Source of the DNA: Turneriella sp.
Lineage (GTDB): Bacteria; Spirochaetota; Leptospiria; Turneriellales; Turneriellaceae
Reading direction: 5' to 3'
Length of the DNA: 64,000 bases
Assembly: GCA_965279515.1 (NCBI GenBank)
Contig: CBDIID010000003.1
Coordinates: 1,856,001 to 1,920,000 of the forward strand
Shown: piece by piece, positions 9,671 through 18,485 of the stretch
Layout: each line of letters begins with the position of its first letter
Numbering within the stretch: the stretch's first letter is position 1
Position numbers and translations under genes: made by a program
Notes under the pieces: generated by a model
What the model saw: only the letters and a program-made list of their open reading frames with translations
What the model was told of the DNA's origin: nothing
The model's database searches: none

Positions 9671-12148
9671 TCAGCTTGCTTTTTCGTTCTTGATTCTCAT
9701 GCCGTAGAATGAGCGCCAGACGAAGAACATGCTGCCGACAAAGAACGCGATGGCAAGGGCCGTGCGCAAAGTTGTCGGTGTGCCGTCAGGGTTCTTGAGT
9801 TCGACAGCGAGCTCAACAGCGAGAAGGCCGAAGAGTGTTGTGAACTTGATCACCGGGTTCATCGCGACAGATGAAGTATCTTTGAACGGGTCACCCACTG
9901 TATCGCCGACAACAGTTGCGTCGTGCAGCGGTGTGCCTTTCTGTTTCAGTTCGACTTCCACGAGTTTCTTCGCGTTATCCCAGGCACCGCCGGCATTCGC
10001 CATGAAGATCGCCTGGTAGAGACCGAAGATCGCGATAGAAATGAGGTACCCGATAAAGAAGAATTCATTCACGAAAGCAAAGGCCAGCGTGCTGAAGAAG
10101 ATACCGAAGAAGATGTTGACCATCCCCTTTTGAGCATATTGCGTACAGATTTCAACAACGCGCTTGCTGTCTTTCATCGACGCTTTGGTCGCGCCGTCGA
10201 GCTTGATGTTAGCCTTGATGAATTCGACCGCGCGGTATGCGCCCGTCGAAACAGCCTGCGTTGAGGCACCAGTAAACCAATAGATCACCGCGCCGCCGGT
10301 GATGAGACCCAGCAGAAACGGAGCGTGCAGCAGTGACAGGTTGCCGATCGCAGTCTGGTTGCTGAAGTTGTTGGTGAGCATGCTGATGATTGAGAAAATC
10401 ATCGCTGTAGCACCGACAACCGCTGTACCGATCAGAACGGGTTTCGCTGTAGCTTTAAACGTGTTACCTGCACCGTCGTTCGCTTCGAGGAAGTGTTTCG
10501 CTTTTTCGAAGTTGAGGTCAAAGCCGAAGTCTTTTTTCACTTCTGCTTTAACGTTTGGTACATCTTCAATGAGAGAAAGTTCATAAACCGACTGTGCGTT
10601 ATCGGTTACCGGGCCGTAAGAGTCGACCGCAATCGTTACCGGGCCCATGCCCAGGAAGCCGAAAGCCACGAGGCCGAAGGCGAAGACCGCAACCGCGTAT
10701 GGGTTCATCAGTGCACCGAGGCCGGTGAGGGCCACATAATAAGACACACCCATGAGCGCCACGATGGTAATCCCCATCCAATAGGCGGAGAAGTTACCGG
10801 CGGTGAGACCGGCGAGTACGTTGAGGGATGCGCCGCCTTCTTTGGAGGCAGTCACAACTTCATGCACGTGCGCCGATTCTGTTGAAGTAAATACTTTCAC
10901 AAGTTCAGGAATGATCGCACCCGCAAGAGTACCGCAGGTAATGATCGTAGAGAGTTTATACCACAGTGTTCCGTCGCCGAGCGTTGGAATCAGCAGGTAA
11001 GAGACAAGGTAGGTAAGGCCGACTGAAACAATAGAGGTAATCCAAACCAGCCATGTCAGCGGGGTTTCAAAGTTGAAGCTGTCTGCTTTTTTGAAACGTG
11101 CGCTGGCGATCGCGCTGTTCAGCCAATACGAACCAAGTGATGCGAAGATCATCACGATACGCATCGCGAAGATCCACACCAGCAGTTGCACCTGGAATTG
11201 CGGGAAAACCGCGAGCAGGATAAGGGAAATGAGCGCAACACCTGTCACGCCATAAGTTTCGAAACCGTCGGCTGTTGGACCAACAGAGTCACCGGCATTG
11301 TCACCGGTACAGTCGGCGATTACACCGGGGTTACGGGCATCGTCTTCTTTGATTTTGAAAACGATCTTCATGAGGTCTGAACCGATGTCGGCGATCTTGG
11401 TAAAGATACCGCCGGCGATTCTGAGCGCCGAAGCACCGAGTGATTCACCGATCGCAAAACCGATAAAACAAGGACCCGCGAAGTCGGCGGGAATAAAGAG
11501 CAGAATCGCGAGCATCAGTACGAGCTCGACTGAGATCAGCAGCATACCGATAGACATACCGGCACGCAGCGGGATTGCATACGTGTTGTAAGGTTTGCCC
11601 GTCAACGCAGCAAAGGCTGTGCGCGAGTTAGCGAATGTGTTAATACGGATACCGAACCAGGCGACGCCGTAGCTGCCGGCGATACCGACAACCGAGCAGG
11701 CGAGAATAGCGGCGACTTTAGAGACACCGTAGCCATGGATCGCTTTGCCGGCGGCGTCGAGACCACCTTGTGCCAGAAAGCCAAAGTAGTAGACCATGAT
11801 CGCCGCGATGAAAATCCACAGGAAAGCAAGAAATTTGCCCTGGGTGATCATGTACGTTTTGCAGGTTTCATAGATAAGCTCTGAAACTTCGAGCATGACT
11901 TTATGCACCGGCAGGTTTTTCAGGCGCACGTACTCGACGAGGCCGAAAATCAGGCCCAGAAAGCAGGCACCGAGGCCTACCATCAAAAGCGTGCGTCCGT
12001 CCAGACCCAGAAAGCTTTGGCTTGCCAGATTGGGAATTTTGAGGTCGGCTTCGCTCGCCATAAGGGGCGACGCTGAAACCACGAGCAAGGTAATTAAACC
12101 CGCCCAGTTACGAATGTTAAACATAGAGGTCTCCTGGATAGTTTTCAT
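9671..12148 (-). CDS. hppA: Membrane-bound ion-translocating pyrophosphatase (divergent type)
   Basis: GGIFTKIADIGSDLMK, EDDARNPGVIADCTGDNAGD, DSYGPVTDNA, GNTFKA, GGAWDNAKK, GDTVGDPFKDTS; many TM helices. Confidence 0.95.
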   Translation of the reverse strand: MKTIQETSMFNIRNWAGLITLLVVSASPLMASEADLKIPNLASQSFLGLDGRTLLMVGLGACFLGLIFGLVEYVRLKNLPVHKVMLEVSELIYETCKTYMITQGKFLAFLWIFIAAIMVYYFGFLAQGGLDAAGKAIHGYGVSKVAAILACSVVGIAGSYGVAWFGIRINTFANSRTAFAALTGKPYNTYAIPLRAGMSIGMLLISVELVLMLAILLFIPADFAGPCFIGFAIGESLGASALRIAGGIFTKIADIGSDLMKIVFKIKEDDARNPGVIADCTGDNAGDSVGPTADGFETYGVTGVALISLILLAVFPQFQVQLLVWIFAMRIVMIFASLGSYWLNSAIASARFKKADSFNFETPLTWLVWITSIVSVGLTYLVSYLLIPTLGDGTLWYKLSTIITCGTLAGAIIPELVKVFTSTESAHVHEVVTASKEGGASLNVLAGLTAGNFSAYWMGITIVALMGVSYYVALTGLGALMNPYAVAVFAFGLVAFGFLGMGPVTIAVDSYGPVTDNAQSVYELSLIEDVPNVKAEVKKDFGFDLNFEKAKHFLEANDGAGNTFKATAKPVLIGTAVVGATAMIFSIISMLTNNFSNQTAIGNLSLLHAPFLLGLITGGAVIYWFTGASTQAVSTGAYRAVEFIKANIKLDGATKASMKDSKRVVEICTQYAQKGMVNIFFGIFFSTLAFAFVNEFFFIGYLISIAIFGLYQAIFMANAGGAWDNAKKLVEVELKQKGTPLHDATVVGDTVGDPFKDTSSVAMNPVIKFTTLFGLLAVELAVELKNPDGTPTTLRTALAIAFFVGSMFFVWRSFYGMRIKNEKAS

Positions 12149-12198
12149 CGGAAAGAGATGTGGGGGTTAGAATCTCGTCGAAAATCAGGGGGTAAAGT

Positions 12199-12222
12199 AA
12201 AAAAGGCGGGATAACCCGCCTT
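12199..12222 (-). terminator. Intrinsic terminator of the 14997-12248 operon
   Basis: AAGGCGGG-ataa-CCCGCCTT with an A-run on the left (U-tract on minus strand). Confidence 0.7.
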
Positions 12223-12247
12223 CAAAGCTATTTGCTCAGTTACAGGA

Positions 12248-12835
12248 CTAATAATCCAGACTTGTAGGACGGCCAAAAGCATAACGAAGGGTCAGAGAAA
12301 CGACCGGTCCCGAAAGGTTGAGTGAATCCGGAAGCTCAACGGCCTTGCTGTATGCAAAACCAATCCGCGGTATTGCTGAGATCTCATGTGTAAGATGAAT
12401 CTCCACACCGGCTCCAAATTCCGTATAAAACGCAGACACATTGGAGCCCAAGGTACCATCCGCCCGGACCAACTTCACCATAAAGACGCCGATGTTTGCG
12501 TACGGCAACAAGGTTAATAGGTTAGGCACCAGTCTAAATTTTCCCTCGATTTGTAGCACTGGATTCAGCGATAAGCGGGCACTGCTGGCTGGGTCAACGA
12601 TCATCGCTTGTGGCCGAAGTATCAGGTTAAGATCTCTAAATGCGAAACCGAGACCCACTCCACCACCCAAAGCGGCCGGTGCCGATGTTGGCACCAAGGC
12701 AGTTCCGGTTCCCTCAAGAAAAATGCGGTCACTGAAAGTGGATTCACTTTTCTGAGCGTGAGTTGCGCCACCCAGCAGGGTTGTCACAGATGCTATGATG
12801 ATTGCCTTATACACGATTTTCATATTATTCTCCAT
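12248..12835 (-). CDS. Putative small outer-membrane beta-barrel protein
   Basis: Signal peptide; alternating amphipathic strands (GGGVGLGFAF, EFGAGVEIH, SLTLRYAF). Confidence 0.65.
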   Translation of the reverse strand: MENNMKIVYKAIIIASVTTLLGGATHAQKSESTFSDRIFLEGTGTALVPTSAPAALGGGVGLGFAFRDLNLILRPQAMIVDPASSARLSLNPVLQIEGKFRLVPNLLTLLPYANIGVFMVKLVRADGTLGSNVSAFYTEFGAGVEIHLTHEISAIPRIGFAYSKAVELPDSLNLSGPVVSLTLRYAFGRPTSLDY

Positions 12836-12839
12836 TTAC

Positions 12840-14414
12840 TTAATTCTGTCCTTGCGTCATACTAAAAATATCCTGTACGATTCCCTGTGAAATCTCATCG
12901 ACTGTGTTGAATAGCCTGACATCGACGGGCGATTCAGTCACAGAACCACCGATGGCCTTTTTCTTAACCAAATCATAGACCTTAGATTCTATGGTAATAT
13001 TTCCCGTTTTGTTATTCAGCGAATAAAATCCGAATATCAGGTAATCCGCCCCTGTAGCCTTTTGAAACTCCTTGAGCTTATCGGGAGTGATATCTGACGG
13101 GGATTTAAAAATCCGGTTACCGGCCTCGGTACTTTTTTTTTCTTCGTTGCGGTCGTATTCGAAAATCTTCTTCATCGAATCGTCGACGGCTGCAGACAAA
13201 CTCGAACTCAGCCAGGTATAGAGCACGGTATTTGTGCGATCGTAGAAATCCAGAATCGCAACACTGGCGAGCCCGCCGGCCGCGCCCTGCGCCGACATCT
13301 TATCCTTTTCCTGGGCCAGCGTTTCAAACTGCTCTTCAGGCAGTGTTGCCGTCGGCCGCTGCATTTCGGTGATCATCGCTGCCAGCACTTCTCCGGCATC
13401 GTTCGACTTTGACGGGAATGAATCCTGAAACCAGATCATATTGCCCTGGTGCAAATCAAAGCCGCGGGCAAAAGATTTCTTGCCATCGGGCTTTAAAACC
13501 AGCAGGTAATCGGCCTTGGTACGCGACTGTATTGCCGTGAGGGACTGCCCCAGTTCGCGGTCAAAACCCGCAACCATACGCGACTCGAGCGCCGCAAACT
13601 GTTCATACTCAGCGCGGTCGGCGTCATTGTCAGCCGCGGCGGAATACGAAGGGGGAGCATATGCGGTGACATCTTTGACAACAGCGTAGGCCAGTTTCTG
13701 CGACTCGATATGCCGCAGAGATTCCATCTCATTCACATAGAGGGCGGAATTGTCGAGGCCAGTCAGCACCCGAACATCAAATTTCGACTGCATCAGATAC
13801 TCGTAAAAACCGTTGAGATTTGAACCCTCGAGCGGGGTAATAATAGCAATTTTGCTTTCGGCGGGAATCGGCTTTGCCAGGTAGCGGCCCTCTTCGAGCG
13901 GCAAGAGATGGCGCACCATGTCACGCACCGCCGTTTCGGGGGTTGAGTACATGTTAAACGATACCATATTCCGCGTCACGGAGTCATAATGGTGCAAGCG
14001 AAGGAAGACAAATTTTTTATCCGGTAAATCCTGGGGTTTCGCTTCTTCACCGGGCGCCGGCTTTTGTTGCTGCTGGTATTCGTAAATTTCAGCGGTGATG
14101 AGATTGCCGTCGCTGATCAGAGGTTTGATTTTATCATACTCCGCTGTGGTATATCTGACACGGTTTTCAATCTGCTTCTCTTCCCGGAGTTTGATAAACT
14201 CATTCGGGTACATGACCCGGCCCTTTTGGGCCTTGGTATAGGCTTTATTGAGCAAGATCGGAAAGCGAAGGGAAATTTCTTTCGAGAGCGGGCTGTCAAA
14301 CCGGCGGTAAAACATACCGACCGCTGTTGTGCGGCTTGCCCCGAGGGTATCTGCCAGAACGAAAAAAAATCCGGCCAGGCAGAGAGGCTTAAAGATGCTG
14401 CGGAATCGGCGCAG
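12840..14414 (-). CDS. Exported protein with C-terminal FlgO/CsgG/TolB-N-like domain; probable CTG start
   Basis: VAILDFYD...WLSSSL...GADYLIFGFY pattern; frame open 33 codons upstream of ATG 14315 to a CTG that yields a signal peptide. Confidence 0.7.
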   Translation of the reverse strand: MRRFRSIFKPLCLAGFFFVLADTLGASRTTAVGMFYRRFDSPLSKEISLRFPILLNKAYTKAQKGRVMYPNEFIKLREEKQIENRVRYTTAEYDKIKPLISDGNLITAEIYEYQQQQKPAPGEEAKPQDLPDKKFVFLRLHHYDSVTRNMVSFNMYSTPETAVRDMVRHLLPLEEGRYLAKPIPAESKIAIITPLEGSNLNGFYEYLMQSKFDVRVLTGLDNSALYVNEMESLRHIESQKLAYAVVKDVTAYAPPSYSAAADNDADRAEYEQFAALESRMVAGFDRELGQSLTAIQSRTKADYLLVLKPDGKKSFARGFDLHQGNMIWFQDSFPSKSNDAGEVLAAMITEMQRPTATLPEEQFETLAQEKDKMSAQGAAGGLASVAILDFYDRTNTVLYTWLSSSLSAAVDDSMKKIFEYDRNEEKKSTEAGNRIFKSPSDITPDKLKEFQKATGADYLIFGFYSLNNKTGNITIESKVYDLVKKKAIGGSVTESPVDVRLFNTVDEISQGIVQDIFSMTQGQN

Positions 14415-14418
14415 AGCC

Positions 14419-14997
14419 TTATTTCCCCTTTTGCATTGTTTCGATCATCTGGCCGACGACAGTCTTCAGATCATCCTTGCGGGCTGCGGAATAGTTCTGC
14501 ACAAATACGAGTTCCATATTGTCGAGTTTGATCGCACGCGCCCAGGCATAGCCGGTATCCCAGCGTGTCAGCGAGAGAAGAATGACGTAGCGCACTCCCA
14601 TTTTGACGCGCATATTCTGTAGCATTTCGGCCTTCAGGTTTTCAAAATTAAAAAGATGGAGTTTGTAAATATTTTCAAAGACTTTGTCCGCCACGGCAAC
14701 CTGCCGCTGCGAATTTTTCGGATCAAACAGGTTACTCACAAATGCCGTTTTTTTCAGCGCTTTCACATCCAGCACATCGTCTGTCGTATAAAAATCCGTC
14801 GCGTTGAATGCCTTCACGGCATAACCCGCATTCATGAACTCGGTAAAAACCGCATTCTTGAGATCATTTTCCCCTTCGATCAGAATCGCCACGTTAGAAT
14901 TTTTAGGGATAGCTTCTTTAATCGCGTACGTATTGCGCGCAGACCTGCAAGCACTTGCCAGCGCACTGAGACATAATACCCAAAGGAGATTTTTCAT
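14419..14997 (-). CDS. Lipoprotein, hypothetical
   Basis: MKNLLWVLCLSALASAC lipobox. Confidence 0.8.
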   Translation of the reverse strand: MKNLLWVLCLSALASACRSARNTYAIKEAIPKNSNVAILIEGENDLKNAVFTEFMNAGYAVKAFNATDFYTTDDVLDVKALKKTAFVSNLFDPKNSQRQVAVADKVFENIYKLHLFNFENLKAEMLQNMRVKMGVRYVILLSLTRWDTGYAWARAIKLDNMELVFVQNYSAARKDDLKTVVGQMIETMQKGK

Positions 14998-15070
14998 ATA
15001 GTTACCTATCGGCCGACTTCAGGCCCTTGTCAAGAAAATCGGCAAATAAAAAAAGAGTGCGTTGTCGTCC

Positions 15071-16282
15071 TTAGAGCTGGGAGATCATGTGCTCCCAGAA
15101 GCTGGACGCGGCAAAACGCACATTGAGATCATAGGAATCAGCAATAGTTTCCGCGACATCGGCCAAAGTGGCGCGAATACCGAGATTTGCCTGGCGGCGT
15201 GGGCGGAACATCCTAGAGTAGACCAGAAGAGGCACGTACTCGCGGGTATGGCTCGTACCCTCAGCCGTCGGGTCATTGCCATGGTCTGAGACGATATAGA
15301 GCATGTCTTCGTTCTCCATGGCGCGGAACAGGCGGGGCAAGTACTGGTCGAGCGTCTCAAGCGCATCAATGTAACCGAGGGCATCGCGGTTGTGGCCAAA
15401 CTGGCCGTCGAGGTCAGGCAGTGTCGCAATGATAAAACTCTGCTTGGCCCGGTTCATCTCACCCTCGCGGATCAGTTCATTCAATGCCTCGAGGCATTCA
15501 GCATTGTTTTTTACTTCTTTGGAATCTTTAATCGCGGCGCCTTCGATCATCTCCGAAACCTTGCCAATCGTATATACCGGAATACCGGCATCGGCGAGAT
15601 GCGTCGCCAGCGTCGGCGAGCGCGGCGGCGAATGAAACATCGCGGTGGGCGAATCTGTATCTACGGAAAAATTGGCGATATCACCTTTGAAATAATGCAC
15701 ATGCAGACGACCAATGCCGTGCCGCGAGAGTACATCCCACGCCGCATGGCCCAAAAGATAAAATTCATCGGGCTGAAACTTTTCGCCGTGTACATGAATG
15801 TGCGTCAGGGAATCGTCTGTCACCAGCAAAATAGGATTTCCCGTTTCGAGATGCGTTTCACCGTACTTCGTCAAAAACCCCTGCTGCACATCGTTGGTGT
15901 TTCCCAAAAAGCTGCGGCCAGTGGCATGGCCCAGTTCCTGCAGAATAGCGGGGGTCACGCCCGCCGGATACGTCAGGTACTTATCTTCCTGGAAGGTGCC
16001 TAACAGTTCGCGGTGCCCGCCAATCGAATCGTTGCCCTCGTTGCGTTGCGTCACCTTCGCAAAGAAGCCGATCGTCTCTTCTTCGCGCGGCCACCCCTTG
16101 GTGTAGGTCAGGTTGGTGAGCCCCATGCGGGCAAAATTGGGGATCTCCATCTTCGGGCGCAGCTCTGAAATATGCGACAGGGTATTCGCACCGCGCTTGC
16201 CATAGAGGTAGGCGTCGGGCTGCTCGCCGACACCGAGGCCGTCGATGACGAGTACGATCGATTTACCGATACCGAGCGACAT
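15071..16282 (-). CDS. deoB: Phosphopentomutase-like metalloenzyme
   Basis: VIDGLGVG, GANTLSHI, DLDGQFGHNRD, SDHGNDP, HTREYVP. Confidence 0.8.
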   Translation of the reverse strand: MSLGIGKSIVLVIDGLGVGEQPDAYLYGKRGANTLSHISELRPKMEIPNFARMGLTNLTYTKGWPREEETIGFFAKVTQRNEGNDSIGGHRELLGTFQEDKYLTYPAGVTPAILQELGHATGRSFLGNTNDVQQGFLTKYGETHLETGNPILLVTDDSLTHIHVHGEKFQPDEFYLLGHAAWDVLSRHGIGRLHVHYFKGDIANFSVDTDSPTAMFHSPPRSPTLATHLADAGIPVYTIGKVSEMIEGAAIKDSKEVKNNAECLEALNELIREGEMNRAKQSFIIATLPDLDGQFGHNRDALGYIDALETLDQYLPRLFRAMENEDMLYIVSDHGNDPTAEGTSHTREYVPLLVYSRMFRPRRQANLGIRATLADVAETIADSYDLNVRFAASSFWEHMISQL

Positions 16283-16382
16283 GGTTGGGAAAGAAGCCGC
16301 CGCGCACTCATGCCTGCAACCGGGATTGCCCACGTGCCCGGAGATTTGCTGTGCGCGGCAAGTCGCGTCGCGACCTTCACCG

Positions 16383-17204
16383 ATGCGTTTTCTACCGAGC
16401 TGCGCCATCCTGGGCGTTCTTGTCATAACCTTCTGCAATCCGGGCACAAAGCATCCCCACAAGGAGCTGGGTTTTAAGGCCGGCGCCGTTGAAAAAAAGC
16501 TGCCTTTGAGCGAACTGCGGCGCCGTTTTGGCGCAGAGACGGTGCAAGTGGAAGATTACTACCTGAAACGGCCGATGCGCTATCAGGCTCTTCCGATGAG
16601 GAAAATCCTCACGGCCTTCGCCGCCGAGGCCCCGGGTTTCGATGAAATTATCTTCCGCTGCGCGGATGGCTATCTGGCACACGTGAGCCGCGCCGACTTT
16701 GAGGCGGGCAAACTGGACAGTTTCTATTTGGCATTCGGTGAGGATGGCGATAATTTCAAGACGGATATTCCGCAGGGTAAGGCGTTACTTTCGCCCGAAC
16801 CGTTTTACGCCATCGCGACTGACAAGGCGGGGTTTAGTACGCTGTCGTGGCCCTATGAACTCGTGGCTATCGAACTCATAAACTTCAAGGCGATGTTTCC
16901 CAAACTCTATTTTGCAGGGTTAGAAACGGACGCGCAGGTCAAAGCCGGGTTTGATATTTTCCGCAAAGAATGCCTCAAATGCCATTCAGTAAATTTGCAG
17001 GGCGGCGATATCGGCCCCGAGCTCAATATTCCGCAAAACGTCACAAATTACCGCGATGAGAAATACCTGCGTGCATTTATCCGCAATGCGTCGTCGTACC
17101 GGGCGAAATCCAAGATGCCGCCCTTCCCCAATCTCAAAGACGAAGAGATCGGCCAGGTCATCAGTTATCTGCGAAAAATGAAAGCGCACCAGGCAGGGCT
17201 TTAA
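16383..17204 (+). CDS. Exported/lipoprotein c-type cytochrome with extra N-terminal domain
   Basis: Signal MRFLPSCAILGVLVITFC; CLKCH haem motif, GPEL, distal Met in SKMPPF. Confidence 0.85.
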   Translation: MRFLPSCAILGVLVITFCNPGTKHPHKELGFKAGAVEKKLPLSELRRRFGAETVQVEDYYLKRPMRYQALPMRKILTAFAAEAPGFDEIIFRCADGYLAHVSRADFEAGKLDSFYLAFGEDGDNFKTDIPQGKALLSPEPFYAIATDKAGFSTLSWPYELVAIELINFKAMFPKLYFAGLETDAQVKAGFDIFRKECLKCHSVNLQGGDIGPELNIPQNVTNYRDEKYLRAFIRNASSYRAKSKMPPFPNLKDEEIGQVISYLRKMKAHQAGL

Positions 17205-18316
17205 ATCGCCCGATGAGCCGTGCGCGCAAATTTCTGGCGATAAGCCTTGGGCGACAAAGACGCAAATTTAGCGAAATAGCGGTGGAATGCGGAAGTGGAA
17301 TTAAAACCTACCTGGTAGGCGATCTGCAGAATATTTTGTTCGGGATTTTGGATGAGCAGTTTTTTTGCTTCCTCAACCCGAAACTGGTTCACATAGCCTG
17401 AGAAATTAATATTGAAGTGCGTATTGATAAACTCGGAGAGCTGATGCACACTGAGCCCTGCGAGCGCCGCCAGCTTACCCAGCGTTAGATCCGGCTCATG
17501 GTAGATTTTCTCGTCCCTCATCAACGCCTCGAGTCTGCTTTTGATAACCCCGAGGTCAAGCGCGGCGATGTACGACTGTTTGTTGCTCACCGCCTGGACG
17601 ATCTTGATGAAACTCTGTGAAATTTCAGGATAACGGTAACCCGCGACGAGAATCATCCCCATACTCAGGGCCAGGAGCGCCGCGCTGATTCTGAAGAATA
17701 AATAGATGCGTGTCGACATACACAAGATGGCAAGGCCGATGGTCAGCGCCGATATGAACAGCATGATCGTGGTAACTTTGGTACCCGGCTCATAGCGCAG
17801 GTTTTTATCCTTCCAGATCAATGACATTTCTTTCGTGATATAAGCCACATAGAACATCGCGATCAGTGTACCGCCGGGATAAAGATAGTCATTAAAGAAG
17901 ACTTTCTTCAGCACGAAAACATCGTAGGGCCGGTTAATTTTTTCTGCTACCGGCAGCAGGTAATAGTTGAGTGCAAGGACAAAGATGAGCGGCGGTATGA
18001 CAAAGTGCCGCCAATAGCTCTGCTTTTTATCCGGGTTAATCGATTCCTGGTAGATGATATAGAGCAACGGACCGATACAATACAGCAGCGGAATATCGAG
18101 ATAGGATAGCCGGGGAAAAATGTAACGCATCTCGAGATCGGCATTCCAGTTAGAGAACTCAATGGTGGCTATACAAAGGTAAATCAGGATAAACGCATAG
18201 TTTCGCAGCCGCTTATCCGGAACAATGAGCTGTCCGACCGCCAGAAGCACTGAAAATCCCACGCCCATGAGTGCCATGAAGCGGAGCATCCCATTCAGCG
18301 TTTCCATATCAAGCAT
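17201..18316 (-). CDS. Membrane-anchored AraC-family regulator
   Basis: About 6-7 TM helices, then LTLGKLA, HQLSEFIN, VGFNSTSAF, SPKAYR. Confidence 0.9.
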   Translation of the reverse strand: MLDMETLNGMLRFMALMGVGFSVLLAVGQLIVPDKRLRNYAFILIYLCIATIEFSNWNADLEMRYIFPRLSYLDIPLLYCIGPLLYIIYQESINPDKKQSYWRHFVIPPLIFVLALNYYLLPVAEKINRPYDVFVLKKVFFNDYLYPGGTLIAMFYVAYITKEMSLIWKDKNLRYEPGTKVTTIMLFISALTIGLAILCMSTRIYLFFRISAALLALSMGMILVAGYRYPEISQSFIKIVQAVSNKQSYIAALDLGVIKSRLEALMRDEKIYHEPDLTLGKLAALAGLSVHQLSEFINTHFNINFSGYVNQFRVEEAKKLLIQNPEQNILQIAYQVGFNSTSAFHRYFAKFASLSPKAYRQKFARTAHRAI

Positions 18317-18485
18317 CTGCTGATATTCCCACTGCTATCATTTTCGGTCGTTTAAGGATGCCGGTTGAACGGATCTAATACCCACATTATAAACAGGGCG
18401 CATCTTTTTGGGCATGGTTTATAAATCAGGTTGAAAACCGCAAAAAACCAGGGTAGATCACTGAATCAAAGCAAAGGAGCTTTCC

